Shown here one piece after another: positions 39,871-47,806 of a stretch of 51,536 bases of DNA. Numbering within the stretch: position 1 is the first letter of the stretch; each line of letters begins with the position of its first letter. The notes beneath the pieces were generated by a model. That model did not search any database and was not told the origin of the DNA. It saw nothing but the letters and a program-made list of their open reading frames with translations. The position numbers and the translations under genes are program-made. The DNA comes from Candidatus Buchananbacteria bacterium RIFCSPHIGHO2_01_FULL_44_11 (GTDB lineage: Bacteria > Patescibacteriota > Patescibacteriia > Buchananbacterales > UBA6539), in NCBI GenBank assembly GCA_001817345.1, contig MHIE01000003.1:29423-80958 (forward strand). The letters run 5' to 3'.

Positions 39871-40425
39871 ATGAAAAATCGAGCTTTTATCGCCATTAAT
39901 CTGCCGCTGGAAATAAAAGCTAAGTTCGAAGAGCTTATCAGTCAACTTAAAGCCAGAAATTCCAGTCCTTTTTTAAGCTTTGTTAGGCCGGAAGGCGTTC
40001 ACCTGACCTTGCATTTTTTGGGCGAAATCGGACCGGAAACGACTAAGGCGATCAAAATTAGCCTAGCTGAGATGGTAAAAAATTTTTCTGGTTTTACCTT
40101 CACGCCGGTCACGATCTCGGCTTTTCCCGACTTGAGACGGCCGCGAGTCATCTTTTTATCTTTAAAGACCGATCAACTGACTGAACTAATGACACTTCAA
40201 AAGAGACTCGGCCAAAAGCTGAAAGCGATCGGTATTGTCACCGACGAGCGGCCTTGGCAGCCGCATTTGACCCTGGCGCGGGTTAAAGGGCCGGTTAATT
40301 TAAACGCCGAAGGCATAGAAATACCATCGGAAACCTTTATCACCAAAAGCGTAGAACTGATGTCAAGCGAGCTCAAACCAACCAGTGTCAAATATAGCGT
40401 TCTAGCCAGCTACCATTTGAAATAA
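39871..40425 (+). CDS. thpR: RNA 2',3'-cyclic phosphodiesterase (2H family)
   Basis: RAFIAI, two HxT motifs (HLTLHFLG, PHLTLAR). Confidence 0.9.
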   Translation: MKNRAFIAINLPLEIKAKFEELISQLKARNSSPFLSFVRPEGVHLTLHFLGEIGPETTKAIKISLAEMVKNFSGFTFTPVTISAFPDLRRPRVIFLSLKTDQLTELMTLQKRLGQKLKAIGIVTDERPWQPHLTLARVKGPVNLNAEGIEIPSETFITKSVELMSSELKPTSVKYSVLASYHLK

Positions 40426-40559
40426 ACTCGAAGCACTAAATTCGAAATCCTAAATAAATTCAAATAACCAAAATCTAAATAATAAAAAACATTCCAAGTT
40501 TTGGAAATTATAATTTAGATATTGTTTCGGATTTAGATATTCGGATTTAGAATTTACTA
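40426..40559. repeat. 7-bp periodic AT-rich inverted element, homologous to the one at 38.4 kb
   Basis: 40522-40559 matches 38439-38476 at 32/38; the left half is an imperfect reverse complement of the right half. Confidence 0.75.
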
Positions 40560-40563
40560 AGAT

Positions 40564-40707
40564 ATGCGCGAACATTCTTCCCGTCGCTATAATAAAAGTA
40601 AGGTCACCCGCTTTCGGACCAAAAGCAGTTTTAAAGCGGATAACCCGCAGCGGGTGCAGCGGCTGAAATATAGCCAGCCTCTGCCCCGGCCCAAAAAACT
40701 AATTTAA
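40564..40707 (+). CDS. Possible 47-aa basic small protein, absent from the ORF track
   Basis: MREHSSRRYNKSKVTRFRTKSSFKADNPQRVQRLKYSQPLPRPKKLI fills the gap and ends 9 bp before the next ATG. Confidence 0.45.
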   Translation: MREHSSRRYNKSKVTRFRTKSSFKADNPQRVQRLKYSQPLPRPKKLI

Positions 40708-40716
40708 TTTTTAACT

Positions 40717-41502
40717 ATGGATAAGGTTGAAATTCTAGGCGTTAAAATTGACAACTTGTCTTTGCAGGAAGTTTTGGAAAAAGTCGGCAATTTTTTAGAA
40801 TCAAAAAACAAATACTTTATTGTCACCGCCAATCCGGAATTTTTAGTCGCCGCTAAAAAAGACAAAAACTTTAAAGACATTTTAAACTACGCCGACATCG
40901 CCGTGGCTGACGGCGTGGGTCTGGTTTACGCCGCTAAATTTTTAGGTCATAAGCTCCAAAGAATCACCGGCGTTGATTTGTTCGGTTACCTGTGCGAGCT
41001 GGCCGAAAAAACTGACACGCCAGTTTACCTTTTGGGAGCGGGGGAGGGAGTGGCTCAACAAACCGCCGAAGTGTTAAAACAAAATTTTCCTAATTTGAAA
41101 ATTGTCGGAGCGGAAAGTGGCGGGCTGATTTTAAGTAACGGCGAGACACAAACCGCCAATGGCAACGCCGAGATTATCAACCGGATCAATTTAGCCAAAC
41201 CTAAAATCCTTTTTGTCGCCTTGGGCCAGGTCAAACAAGAAAAATGGATTTTTAAACATCTGGACCAACTCAGTTCGGTTAAAGTCGCGGTCGGCGTGGG
41301 CGGCACCTTTGATTTTGTCGCCGGCACGGTTGCCCGAGCGCCGGAACTGATGAGAAACTTAGGCCTGGAATGGCTTTATCGGCTGATTCAAGAACCCGGC
41401 CGGGCCAAAAGAATTTTTAACGCCACAGTTATTTTTTCTTTCAGCGTCTTAAAAAATAAAGTAATTAATAAAATAAAAAAAACCAATGCCGCAGAAGGTT
41501 AA
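40717..41502 (+). CDS. WecB/TagA/CpsF family glycosyltransferase
   Basis: TANPE, ADGVG, RITGVD, KQEKW, GVGGTFD, GLEWLYRL..EPGR. Confidence 0.93.
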   Translation: MDKVEILGVKIDNLSLQEVLEKVGNFLESKNKYFIVTANPEFLVAAKKDKNFKDILNYADIAVADGVGLVYAAKFLGHKLQRITGVDLFGYLCELAEKTDTPVYLLGAGEGVAQQTAEVLKQNFPNLKIVGAESGGLILSNGETQTANGNAEIINRINLAKPKILFVALGQVKQEKWIFKHLDQLSSVKVAVGVGGTFDFVAGTVARAPELMRNLGLEWLYRLIQEPGRAKRIFNATVIFSFSVLKNKVINKIKKTNAAEG

Positions 41503-42922
41503 AACCCGCTTTGCCCCCAGTCCGACCGGCTTTTTGCACGTCGGCGGACTACGCACCGCTTTATATGCCTATTTATTCGCCAAAAAAAATAAAGGCGAAT
41601 TTTTACTGCGGATTGAAGACACTGACCAAGAAAGGCAAGTGACCGGCGCCGTAGAAAATCTGCAAAAGGTCCTGCTTTTGTTTGACCTGAAATGGGACAA
41701 TAAAACCCTGGTCATTCAGTCCGAAAGGCTGGAACACTATCAAAAGGCGGCGCAGCAGCTGATTAGTGCCGGCCAAGCCTATTACTGTTTTTGCTCTAAA
41801 GAAAGACTGGACCAAGTCCGCCAAATTCAGCAGACTAGAGGCGTACCGCCAATGTATGACGGTCACTGCCGACACTTGAACCCGGATGAAATAAAAAATC
41901 AGCTGGCCGAAAAAGAACCTTACGTCATCCGCTTGGCCGTGCCCAAAACCGGCCAGACTAAATTCACCGATTTAATTAGGGGCAAAGTTATTTTTGACAA
42001 CCAATTAATTGACGACCAAGTGATTTTAAAGTCAGACGGCTTTCCGACTTATCACCTGGCGTCAGTGGTTGACGACAACGCCATGGCGATCAGCCACGTC
42101 ATCAGAGGCGAAGAATGGCTACCGTCAACACCCAAACACATTTTGCTTTATCAGGCCCTGGGCTGGACGCCTCCGGAATTTGCCCATCTACCGCTTTTGC
42201 TGAACCCAGACAAATCAAAACTGTCGAAGAGACAGGGTGATGTCGCGGTTGAAGATTACCTGAAAAAAGGTTACCTCAAAGAAGCGTTGCTCAATTTTAT
42301 TTTATTCCTGGGCTGGAATCCAAAAACCGACCAGGAAATTTTCAGCTTTGAAGAGATGGTTAAAGTCTTTGACCTGACTAAAGTTAATAAATCCGGTGCG
42401 GTGTTTGACACCCAAAAATTGGACTGGCTCAACGGCCACTATATCCGTCAAAAACCGTTAGGGGAGTTGACCAAACTCTGTCAAGGGTTTTTTCAACAAG
42501 CGGGTGTGGAAAAGTCTGTGGAAGAATTGGAGCCAATAGTCGCCACCGAGAAAAACCGCATTAAAAAGCTTGAAGATATCGTAGAAGCGACCAAATTCTT
42601 CTTTATCCAGCCCGAATACGAACCCGCGCTTTTACTCTGGAAAGACCTAACCAGCCAGCAAGCGGGTGAAAATTTAAAACTGCTGGGGAAAAAATTAAAC
42701 GAACTGCCGGCCAAAGATTTTGAGCAAAAAATTCTTGAGGATAAAATTATGGCTTTCCTGAAAGAAACCGGGAAAGGGACTGGGGAAATGCTTTGGCCGA
42801 TGCGGGTAGCATTGTCGGGTCAAAAAAATTCGCCCGGGCCGTTTGAAATCGCCAGCGCTTTAGGCAAGGCCGAATCAAATCTAAGAATAAAAAAAGCCAT
42901 TGCTCTCCTTGAAAAAAAGTAA
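41486..42922 (+). CDS. gltX: Glutamate--tRNA ligase
   Basis: RFAPSPTGFLHVGG, RIEDTD, SHVIRGEEW, KLSKR. Confidence 0.97.
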   Translation: MPQKVKTRFAPSPTGFLHVGGLRTALYAYLFAKKNKGEFLLRIEDTDQERQVTGAVENLQKVLLLFDLKWDNKTLVIQSERLEHYQKAAQQLISAGQAYYCFCSKERLDQVRQIQQTRGVPPMYDGHCRHLNPDEIKNQLAEKEPYVIRLAVPKTGQTKFTDLIRGKVIFDNQLIDDQVILKSDGFPTYHLASVVDDNAMAISHVIRGEEWLPSTPKHILLYQALGWTPPEFAHLPLLLNPDKSKLSKRQGDVAVEDYLKKGYLKEALLNFILFLGWNPKTDQEIFSFEEMVKVFDLTKVNKSGAVFDTQKLDWLNGHYIRQKPLGELTKLCQGFFQQAGVEKSVEELEPIVATEKNRIKKLEDIVEATKFFFIQPEYEPALLLWKDLTSQQAGENLKLLGKKLNELPAKDFEQKILEDKIMAFLKETGKGTGEMLWPMRVALSGQKNSPGPFEIASALGKAESNLRIKKAIALLEKK

Positions 42923-42944
42923 AAAAAGTGATATACTGAGAGTA

Positions 42945-44204
42945 ATGTCAAGAATAAACCAAAAACAAAAAACAAAAAAAATTATTCTGCCGGTTTTAAC
43001 CATTGCTGGCCTGATTTTGGCTAGTTTTTTTATTCTAGAATTAAACCCGGTTTCGGCCGAAGACCAAGTCCAGGAGCTTAATTCTGAAATCCAGGATAAG
43101 CAACAAGAGATTGACACCTTGCAAAAAGAAATCGATGCTTACCAAGAGCAGATCCAAATCAAACAAAAAGAATCTAAAAGCTTAAAAAACCAGCTGGCAA
43201 TTTTAGAAAACCAAATTGCTAAAATTGAACTGGATATTGAAGCCACCGGTAAAAAAATTGAACAAGCCAATTTAGAAATTCAAAATCTAAACCTGCAAAT
43301 CCAGGACAAAGAAGCGGAAATCAAAAACCAAAAAACTAAACTGTCAGAGTATATCCGGCTGATTGCCCAAAACGACCAGGTCAGCTACTTAGAGGTAATG
43401 CTTAATAACGATTCTTTTTCTGAATTTTTTGATTACATCAAGTACATTGAAGATATTCACGGAGATCTGAACAAAAACCTCAGCGAATTGAAAACTGCCC
43501 GGCAAGAACTGGAAATTCAAAAATCAAACCTGGAGGACAAGAAAAAACAAGAGGAAACTTTAAAAGACGATTTACTGAAACAAAAAGCAGATTTATCGGA
43601 AAAAACTTCCGCCCAAGGATTGCTGCTGGTCCAAAACCGCCTGACGGAAAGACAATACCAAGGCAATCTCTATCAGCTTCAACTGGAACAACAACAGATC
43701 AATTCCGAAATCGCCACCCTGGAAAAAACCGTTCGGGAAGAACTAGAACAGCGAGAGAAAGCCGAACGCTTCCAAGATTTCGGCCCGGCTCGGCTGAGCT
43801 GGCCGGTCAGTCCCGCTCGTGGCATAAGCGCGCTTTTCCACGATCCGGATTATCCTTTCCGCTACATTTTTGAACATCCGGCCATTGACATCCGGGCCGG
43901 TCAGGGCACGACGATTAAAGCGGCCGAAGGCGGCTACGTCGCTAAGGTTCAGTTCCGCGGCGACAAAAGTTACGCTTACATTATGTTAATTCATAATGAT
44001 GGTCTCTCCACAGTTTACGGCCACGTTTCCGGCGTCAGCGTTAAAACCGACGAATACGTCAGCAAAGGTCAGACGATCGGTAAAAGTGGGGGACTGCCCG
44101 GCAGCATCGGCTCAGGTAATTTGTCCACCGGCCCTCATCTTCACTTTGAAGTCCGGCTCAACGGCATTCCGGTTAATCCGCTGGAATACCTGCCGGCATT
44201 TTAG
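42945..44204 (+). CDS. Coiled-coil M23 domain protein (EnvC/murein hydrolase activator-like)
   Basis: N-terminal TM, long heptad coiled coil, HPAID, YGH, TGPHLHFE. Confidence 0.88.
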   Translation: MSRINQKQKTKKIILPVLTIAGLILASFFILELNPVSAEDQVQELNSEIQDKQQEIDTLQKEIDAYQEQIQIKQKESKSLKNQLAILENQIAKIELDIEATGKKIEQANLEIQNLNLQIQDKEAEIKNQKTKLSEYIRLIAQNDQVSYLEVMLNNDSFSEFFDYIKYIEDIHGDLNKNLSELKTARQELEIQKSNLEDKKKQEETLKDDLLKQKADLSEKTSAQGLLLVQNRLTERQYQGNLYQLQLEQQQINSEIATLEKTVREELEQREKAERFQDFGPARLSWPVSPARGISALFHDPDYPFRYIFEHPAIDIRAGQGTTIKAAEGGYVAKVQFRGDKSYAYIMLIHNDGLSTVYGHVSGVSVKTDEYVSKGQTIGKSGGLPGSIGSGNLSTGPHLHFEVRLNGIPVNPLEYLPAF

Positions 44205-44214
44205 TTAAGTTACT

Positions 44215-44646
44215 ATGGTGATTAAAAAAAGAAAAAGTAACAACGATTTAAACGATCTATTGGCCGTTTCTTTTTTTGCCCTGATCGCTTTACTCGCTTA
44301 CGACAAAGACAAAAACCCGGCGGAAATTATCGGCTCTATTGTTTCGGCCTCTTTTATTATTCTGATTATCATCAGCCTAGTGGTTGTCGCCTTACTGTTT
44401 CTTAGATCAGACAAAAACTTAAGATACCGCGGCGAAGAAAAAACTAAAGCCGAGACCCAATTTGTTGACCTGGAATGGGGTCAGGCCTTAAAACACGATT
44501 TGTTGACTTATTTTATTCCCGTCTTAATTTTGAGCCTGCCGATTTTAGCCGGCCAGGTGCCTGATTTTATTGACTTTTTCCAGGCTTTAACCGTATTTTT
44601 ATCTTTGGTTTACTTAAAAATGCTTTATTGGCAAAGAATTTTTTAA
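44215..44646 (+). CDS. Hypothetical 4-TM membrane protein
   Basis: Hydrophobic segments; C-terminal half resembles the next ORF. Confidence 0.7.
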   Translation: MVIKKRKSNNDLNDLLAVSFFALIALLAYDKDKNPAEIIGSIVSASFIILIIISLVVVALLFLRSDKNLRYRGEEKTKAETQFVDLEWGQALKHDLLTYFIPVLILSLPILAGQVPDFIDFFQALTVFLSLVYLKMLYWQRIF

Positions 44647-44651
44647 TTCCT

Positions 44652-44945
44652 ATGGGTCCGATCAAAATAACCTTTCTGACTATTCTGGTTTTGATGGTTG
44701 CCGGTACCGCGGTCTGGCTGAAAAATAAAATCAGAATTATCCAGTATCAGACTGGGCAACTTTCCGCCTCGGCGACGGACTTGCATTGGCGTAAATCTCT
44801 AAAGCATACCTTGATCATGTATCTGGGGCCGGCCCTGATTCTATTTATGCCTTTTATTCTGGCCCAGAAGCCCAATCTGATTGATGTTGGCCAGGCCGCT
44901 ATCGCTTATTTAGCTTTAAACTACTTAAAAAATATTTATCAGTAG
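44652..44945 (+). CDS. Hypothetical 3-TM membrane protein, apparent paralog of the upstream gene
   Basis: W..LKH.L..Y..P.LIL..P...Q.P..ID..QA....L.L.YLK..Y shared with 44215-44646. Confidence 0.65.
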   Translation: MGPIKITFLTILVLMVAGTAVWLKNKIRIIQYQTGQLSASATDLHWRKSLKHTLIMYLGPALILFMPFILAQKPNLIDVGQAAIAYLALNYLKNIYQ

Positions 44946-44986
44946 CGGTGGATAACTGGTCTTGACCGGTTTATTTTTTTATTTTA

Positions 44987-45018
44987 ATATTTAGATAGTT
45001 GTCTAAATATCTAAATAT
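44987..45018 (+). promoter_or_regulatory. Probable ArsR/SdpR autorepressor operator
   Basis: ATATTTAGATAGTTGTCTAAATAT imperfect palindrome plus a repeated TCTAAATAT directly upstream of the ArsR gene. Confidence 0.6.
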
Positions 45019-45047
45019 TCTACCGTTAATCACTAAAAAGAGGGGAT

Positions 45048-45323
45048 ATGCTACTCAATAAAACATGGGACGCCTTAGCCGACCCGACCCGGCGAAAAAT
45101 CCTGGAGCTGCTCAAAAAAAAGGATTTGTCAGTCCAAGAAATCGCCTTAAATTTTGAAATGACCTTGCCGTCACTGTCTCATCATTTGTCCGTTTTAAAA
45201 AATGCCAATCTAGTCACCAGTCTCAGGCGGGGACAGCAAATCATTTATTCGCTTAATCTCAGTGTCTTTGAAGAAGTGGCCAAGGATTTATACGACTTTT
45301 TTAACAAAGCTAAAAAAAGATAA
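45048..45323 (+). CDS. sdpR: ArsR-family autorepressor, SdpR-like
   Basis: ALADPTRRKILELL..SLSHHLSVLK..GQQIIYSLNLSVFEE; upstream of an SdpI gene. Confidence 0.8.
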   Translation: MLLNKTWDALADPTRRKILELLKKKDLSVQEIALNFEMTLPSLSHHLSVLKNANLVTSLRRGQQIIYSLNLSVFEEVAKDLYDFFNKAKKR

Positions 45324-45327
45324 AAAT

Positions 45328-46026
45328 ATGACCAGCCCAGTCAAACCAACTTTTAAAACCGAGGTTTTACCGCTCAGCCTGATTGCCTTGTCAGTGGTTG
45401 CCAGTTTTTATTTTTATGCCAATTTTCCCGACCAGGTGCCGATTCACTGGAATTACCAGGGAGAAATTGACGACTATGCCAGCAAAGAATTCGGCGCTTT
45501 CTTTTTTCCCGCTTTAATTTTAGGCATTTACCTGATGTTTTTATTCATTCCGTTTCTTGACCCCAAAAAAGAGCGCTATCAGGATTTTCGCAAGGCTTAC
45601 CATGTTTTCAAAGCGGCGATTATTATTTTCATGGTTTTAATTTATGGCTACACCGGCTTAGCCGGTTTGGGTTACGACATTCCGATCGCCACGGTTATCC
45701 CGTCAGCCGTCGGCATTTTATGTATCATCATCGGCAATTACCTGGGCAAAATAAAAACCAACTGGTTTATGGGTATTCGCACGCCCTGGACTTTATCTAA
45801 TGACGAAGTCTGGAATAAAACCAACCGGCTGGGCGGCAAAATGTTTATTGTCATGGGTTTAATCATGGTTTTTGCCCCGCTGCTCCAAATGAATAGCGAG
45901 ATTTTCTGGTGGATTTTTATCGTCAGCATCGCCGTTGTCGCCATTATTCCCATTGTTTATTCCTATATTTTATATCGAAAAATTGAAAAAAATACCTCAA
46001 ATCAGCCAAAAAACGACCAGCCATAG
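45328..46026 (+). CDS. sdpI: SdpI family immunity membrane protein (DUF1648 plus SdpI)
   Basis: PDQVPIHWNYQGEID, NWFMGIRTPWTLSNDEVWNKTNRLGG. Confidence 0.88.
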   Translation: MTSPVKPTFKTEVLPLSLIALSVVASFYFYANFPDQVPIHWNYQGEIDDYASKEFGAFFFPALILGIYLMFLFIPFLDPKKERYQDFRKAYHVFKAAIIIFMVLIYGYTGLAGLGYDIPIATVIPSAVGILCIIIGNYLGKIKTNWFMGIRTPWTLSNDEVWNKTNRLGGKMFIVMGLIMVFAPLLQMNSEIFWWIFIVSIAVVAIIPIVYSYILYRKIEKNTSNQPKNDQP

Positions 46027-46031
46027 GACTA

Positions 46032-46060
46032 TTGACAAAATGAAGATTTTGGTATATACT
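46032..46060 (+). promoter_or_regulatory. Sigma70-type promoter of the GC-rich orphan gene
   Basis: TTGACA-17-TATACT. Confidence 0.75.
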
Positions 46061-46238
46061 ACCATAATATTCAGCTAAAATACGCTAGAATACAAAAATT
46101 ACCGAGCTGGATAGAAAGGAGGAAAGCCAGCTCTTTTCACAAGACGCTACTGCGAAGTAGCAAGGGGAATACTTTTTTAGGAGTTAATTTAACTTCTAAA
46201 CAAAGGCAGTAATCCTTTGAGCCAAGAGGAGAGTCATC

Positions 46239-46778
46239 ATGCATCGAACCCGACTGTGTACCTTGGCCATTATGGCCCTTATTGCATTCACGACGAATTC
46301 CGCAACGACCACGGCGCGCGGCGCGACGACCGACGTCGGCATGACGACCCAACATTTGATCATCGGGTCCACCGACTCCGCCCGGCCCGGCACCGCTTCG
46401 ACTCACATGACCGCCTACGACGGCCTGACCCTGGCGTTCGGCACCGATGCCGAGAAGACGTATACCCACGTCAACAATTATGCCACGGCCGGCCAGACCA
46501 AGATCGACGATTACTTCATGTTCTCGACCGCGCCCGACTCCGGGCGAACCTACCAGATGACCGGCGCCATTATGACACCAACCGCGCTGGCCGTCGTTAC
46601 CGACAACCAGAACCTCTACCAATGGACCGGCGGTGACCGCGCCTGGGTGATCGCAACGGCCCGCATGACCGAATTGATCGCTCAACAGGAGCATTTTTCC
46701 GCCTTGGCCACGAGCCAATACGCCGTGTCCACCGGCACCTGCGTCGCCACCCCGACGCGACTCCCGCTCCGATGCTGA
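46239..46778 (+). CDS. GC-rich, Thr/Ala-rich hypothetical exported protein
   Basis: SD GAGGAG; signal-peptide-like N-terminus; strong third-position G/C bias in this frame; terminator 46854-46893. Confidence 0.65.
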   Translation: MHRTRLCTLAIMALIAFTTNSATTTARGATTDVGMTTQHLIIGSTDSARPGTASTHMTAYDGLTLAFGTDAEKTYTHVNNYATAGQTKIDDYFMFSTAPDSGRTYQMTGAIMTPTALAVVTDNQNLYQWTGGDRAWVIATARMTELIAQQEHFSALATSQYAVSTGTCVATPTRLPLRC

Positions 46779-46902
46779 CTGAATGAAGCATTATCCTCTC
46801 CGTCCCCGCTCACGCCATTAGTTAACGCCAAAGCGTTAACCTGACCTTAATCCGAGACGGACCTTACCCCCAAAGGCCCGTCTCTTTCTTTTTATTATTT
46901 TT

Positions 46903-47020
46903 CCCCTCCTTTTTAAGGAGGGGCTAGGCCTGCTTGCCGAAGCCAACGATTTTAGTGAGTTCGGCGCAGGCAAGGGTGGTTTATTAACCCCTCCTAACCT
47001 CCCCTTGAAAAGGGGAGGAA
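46903..47020. repeat. REP-like palindrome pair with an inserted GC-clamped hairpin
   Basis: CCCTCCTT-TTT-AAGGAGGG, GCCTGC..GCCGAA/TTCGGC-GCAGGC, CCTCCCCTT-GAA-AAGGGGAGG. Confidence 0.7.
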
Positions 47021-47043
47021 TTTTAACTTAATATTTTAACACC

Positions 47044-47075
47044 AAAAAAGAAAAGACTCGGGATTCGAGTCTTTT
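47044..47075 (-). terminator. Intrinsic terminator, strongest for minus-strand transcription
   Basis: AAAAGACTCG-GGATT-CGAGTCTTTT with an additional upstream A run. Confidence 0.75.
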
Positions 47076-47079
47076 GCAA

Positions 47080-47680
47080 GGTGCGAAGAAGATGGCCGCC
47101 GATGACTTAATTTCTGCTTTAGAGCAGGAAATTAAGTAATTCGGAAGTCAGCCGGATGACGGCGGCGGCAATCTCCAAGGTGAGCAAGTTCGCTACCAAT
47201 TCCTTATGATGTCTTAAGCTCCGCGGTTTGCTGATAAAGTCCATATGGTTTTGACTTAATAATAGCGGAGGGTAAGACCGCCAGGGGACTAGCCTGGGGG
47301 TAGCGAGTTAACTCGCCTGTTGTCCTCCTTTAACTACCGACTGGAATCGGCAGCTAGAGAAGGGCAACATTTTAGTTTTCAATGACCAAGCGGTAATCTT
47401 TGTCTCGGCCTAAAGAAGACGGCCGGCCGGTCAGGATATTACAATTTTTAGAAAGGCTGGGGAAAGCGCAGATACGCTTCCCCTAAGTGCAACGGCAGAA
47501 GAGAGCTCAATTGACCGTGGCTGGCCAGTTAGACGAACGGTGACCATTTTTCTTTCTAGCCACAAAACGACCGCGGTCGTAACCGCGGTTGATGGCTCAA
47601 TTGAATTGTCTGGTTTTAGTATAACACAACCCCGGTTACATCTTCTGCCTGTTGTCAAACAGCATAGACGTGCCAGTTTG
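47080..47680. ncRNA. Candidate large structured ncRNA (~600 nt), family not recognised
   Basis: Consecutive hairpins and multi-way junctions across the interval; no convincing ORF. Confidence 0.45.
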
Positions 47681-47806
47681 TGTTTATATTGTTTTGTTTT
47701 AGCGAATATTTTTAAATTTAGCTTATCTAACCTGCCTACCGATGAAGACGAAGAATCGCTGGAAAAGTTACAGCCCCAAAAACGGCTAATTGATAACAGT
47801 TAAATT

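Noticed and set aside
32824-40559. CRISPR array in the periodic AT-rich tracts
   Set aside because: The period is 7 bp with no unique spacers, and there are no cas genes
45048-46778. Complete Sdp cannibalism toxin locus with the 179-aa ORF as toxin
   Set aside because: No sdpAB and no resemblance to SdpC; orphan sdpRI pairs are common, and the ORF has its own promoter
46137-46791. Alternative ORFs (193 aa minus, 139 aa plus and others) over the GC-rich gene
   Set aside because: Shadow frames expected in GC-rich DNA; only 46239-46778 has an SD, a signal-like N-terminus and third-position GC bias
47080-47650. RNase P RNA (faint echoes: GGAAGTC, AGTGCAAC, ACACAACCCCGGTTA)
   Set aside because: The universal GAGGAAAGTCC and ACAGAA..CGGCTTA P4 strands are not properly present; not called, though a covariance search should confirm
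47081-47680. Group II intron (GTGCG at 47081) or group I intron
   Set aside because: No domain V/VI, no reverse transcriptase ORF, no group I P7 (R/S) motifs and no interrupted host gene
47431-47803. ORFs 47431-47658 (-) and 47540-47803 (+)
   Set aside because: Non-ATG starts, no RBS and no recognisable motifs; the sequence is better explained by base pairing
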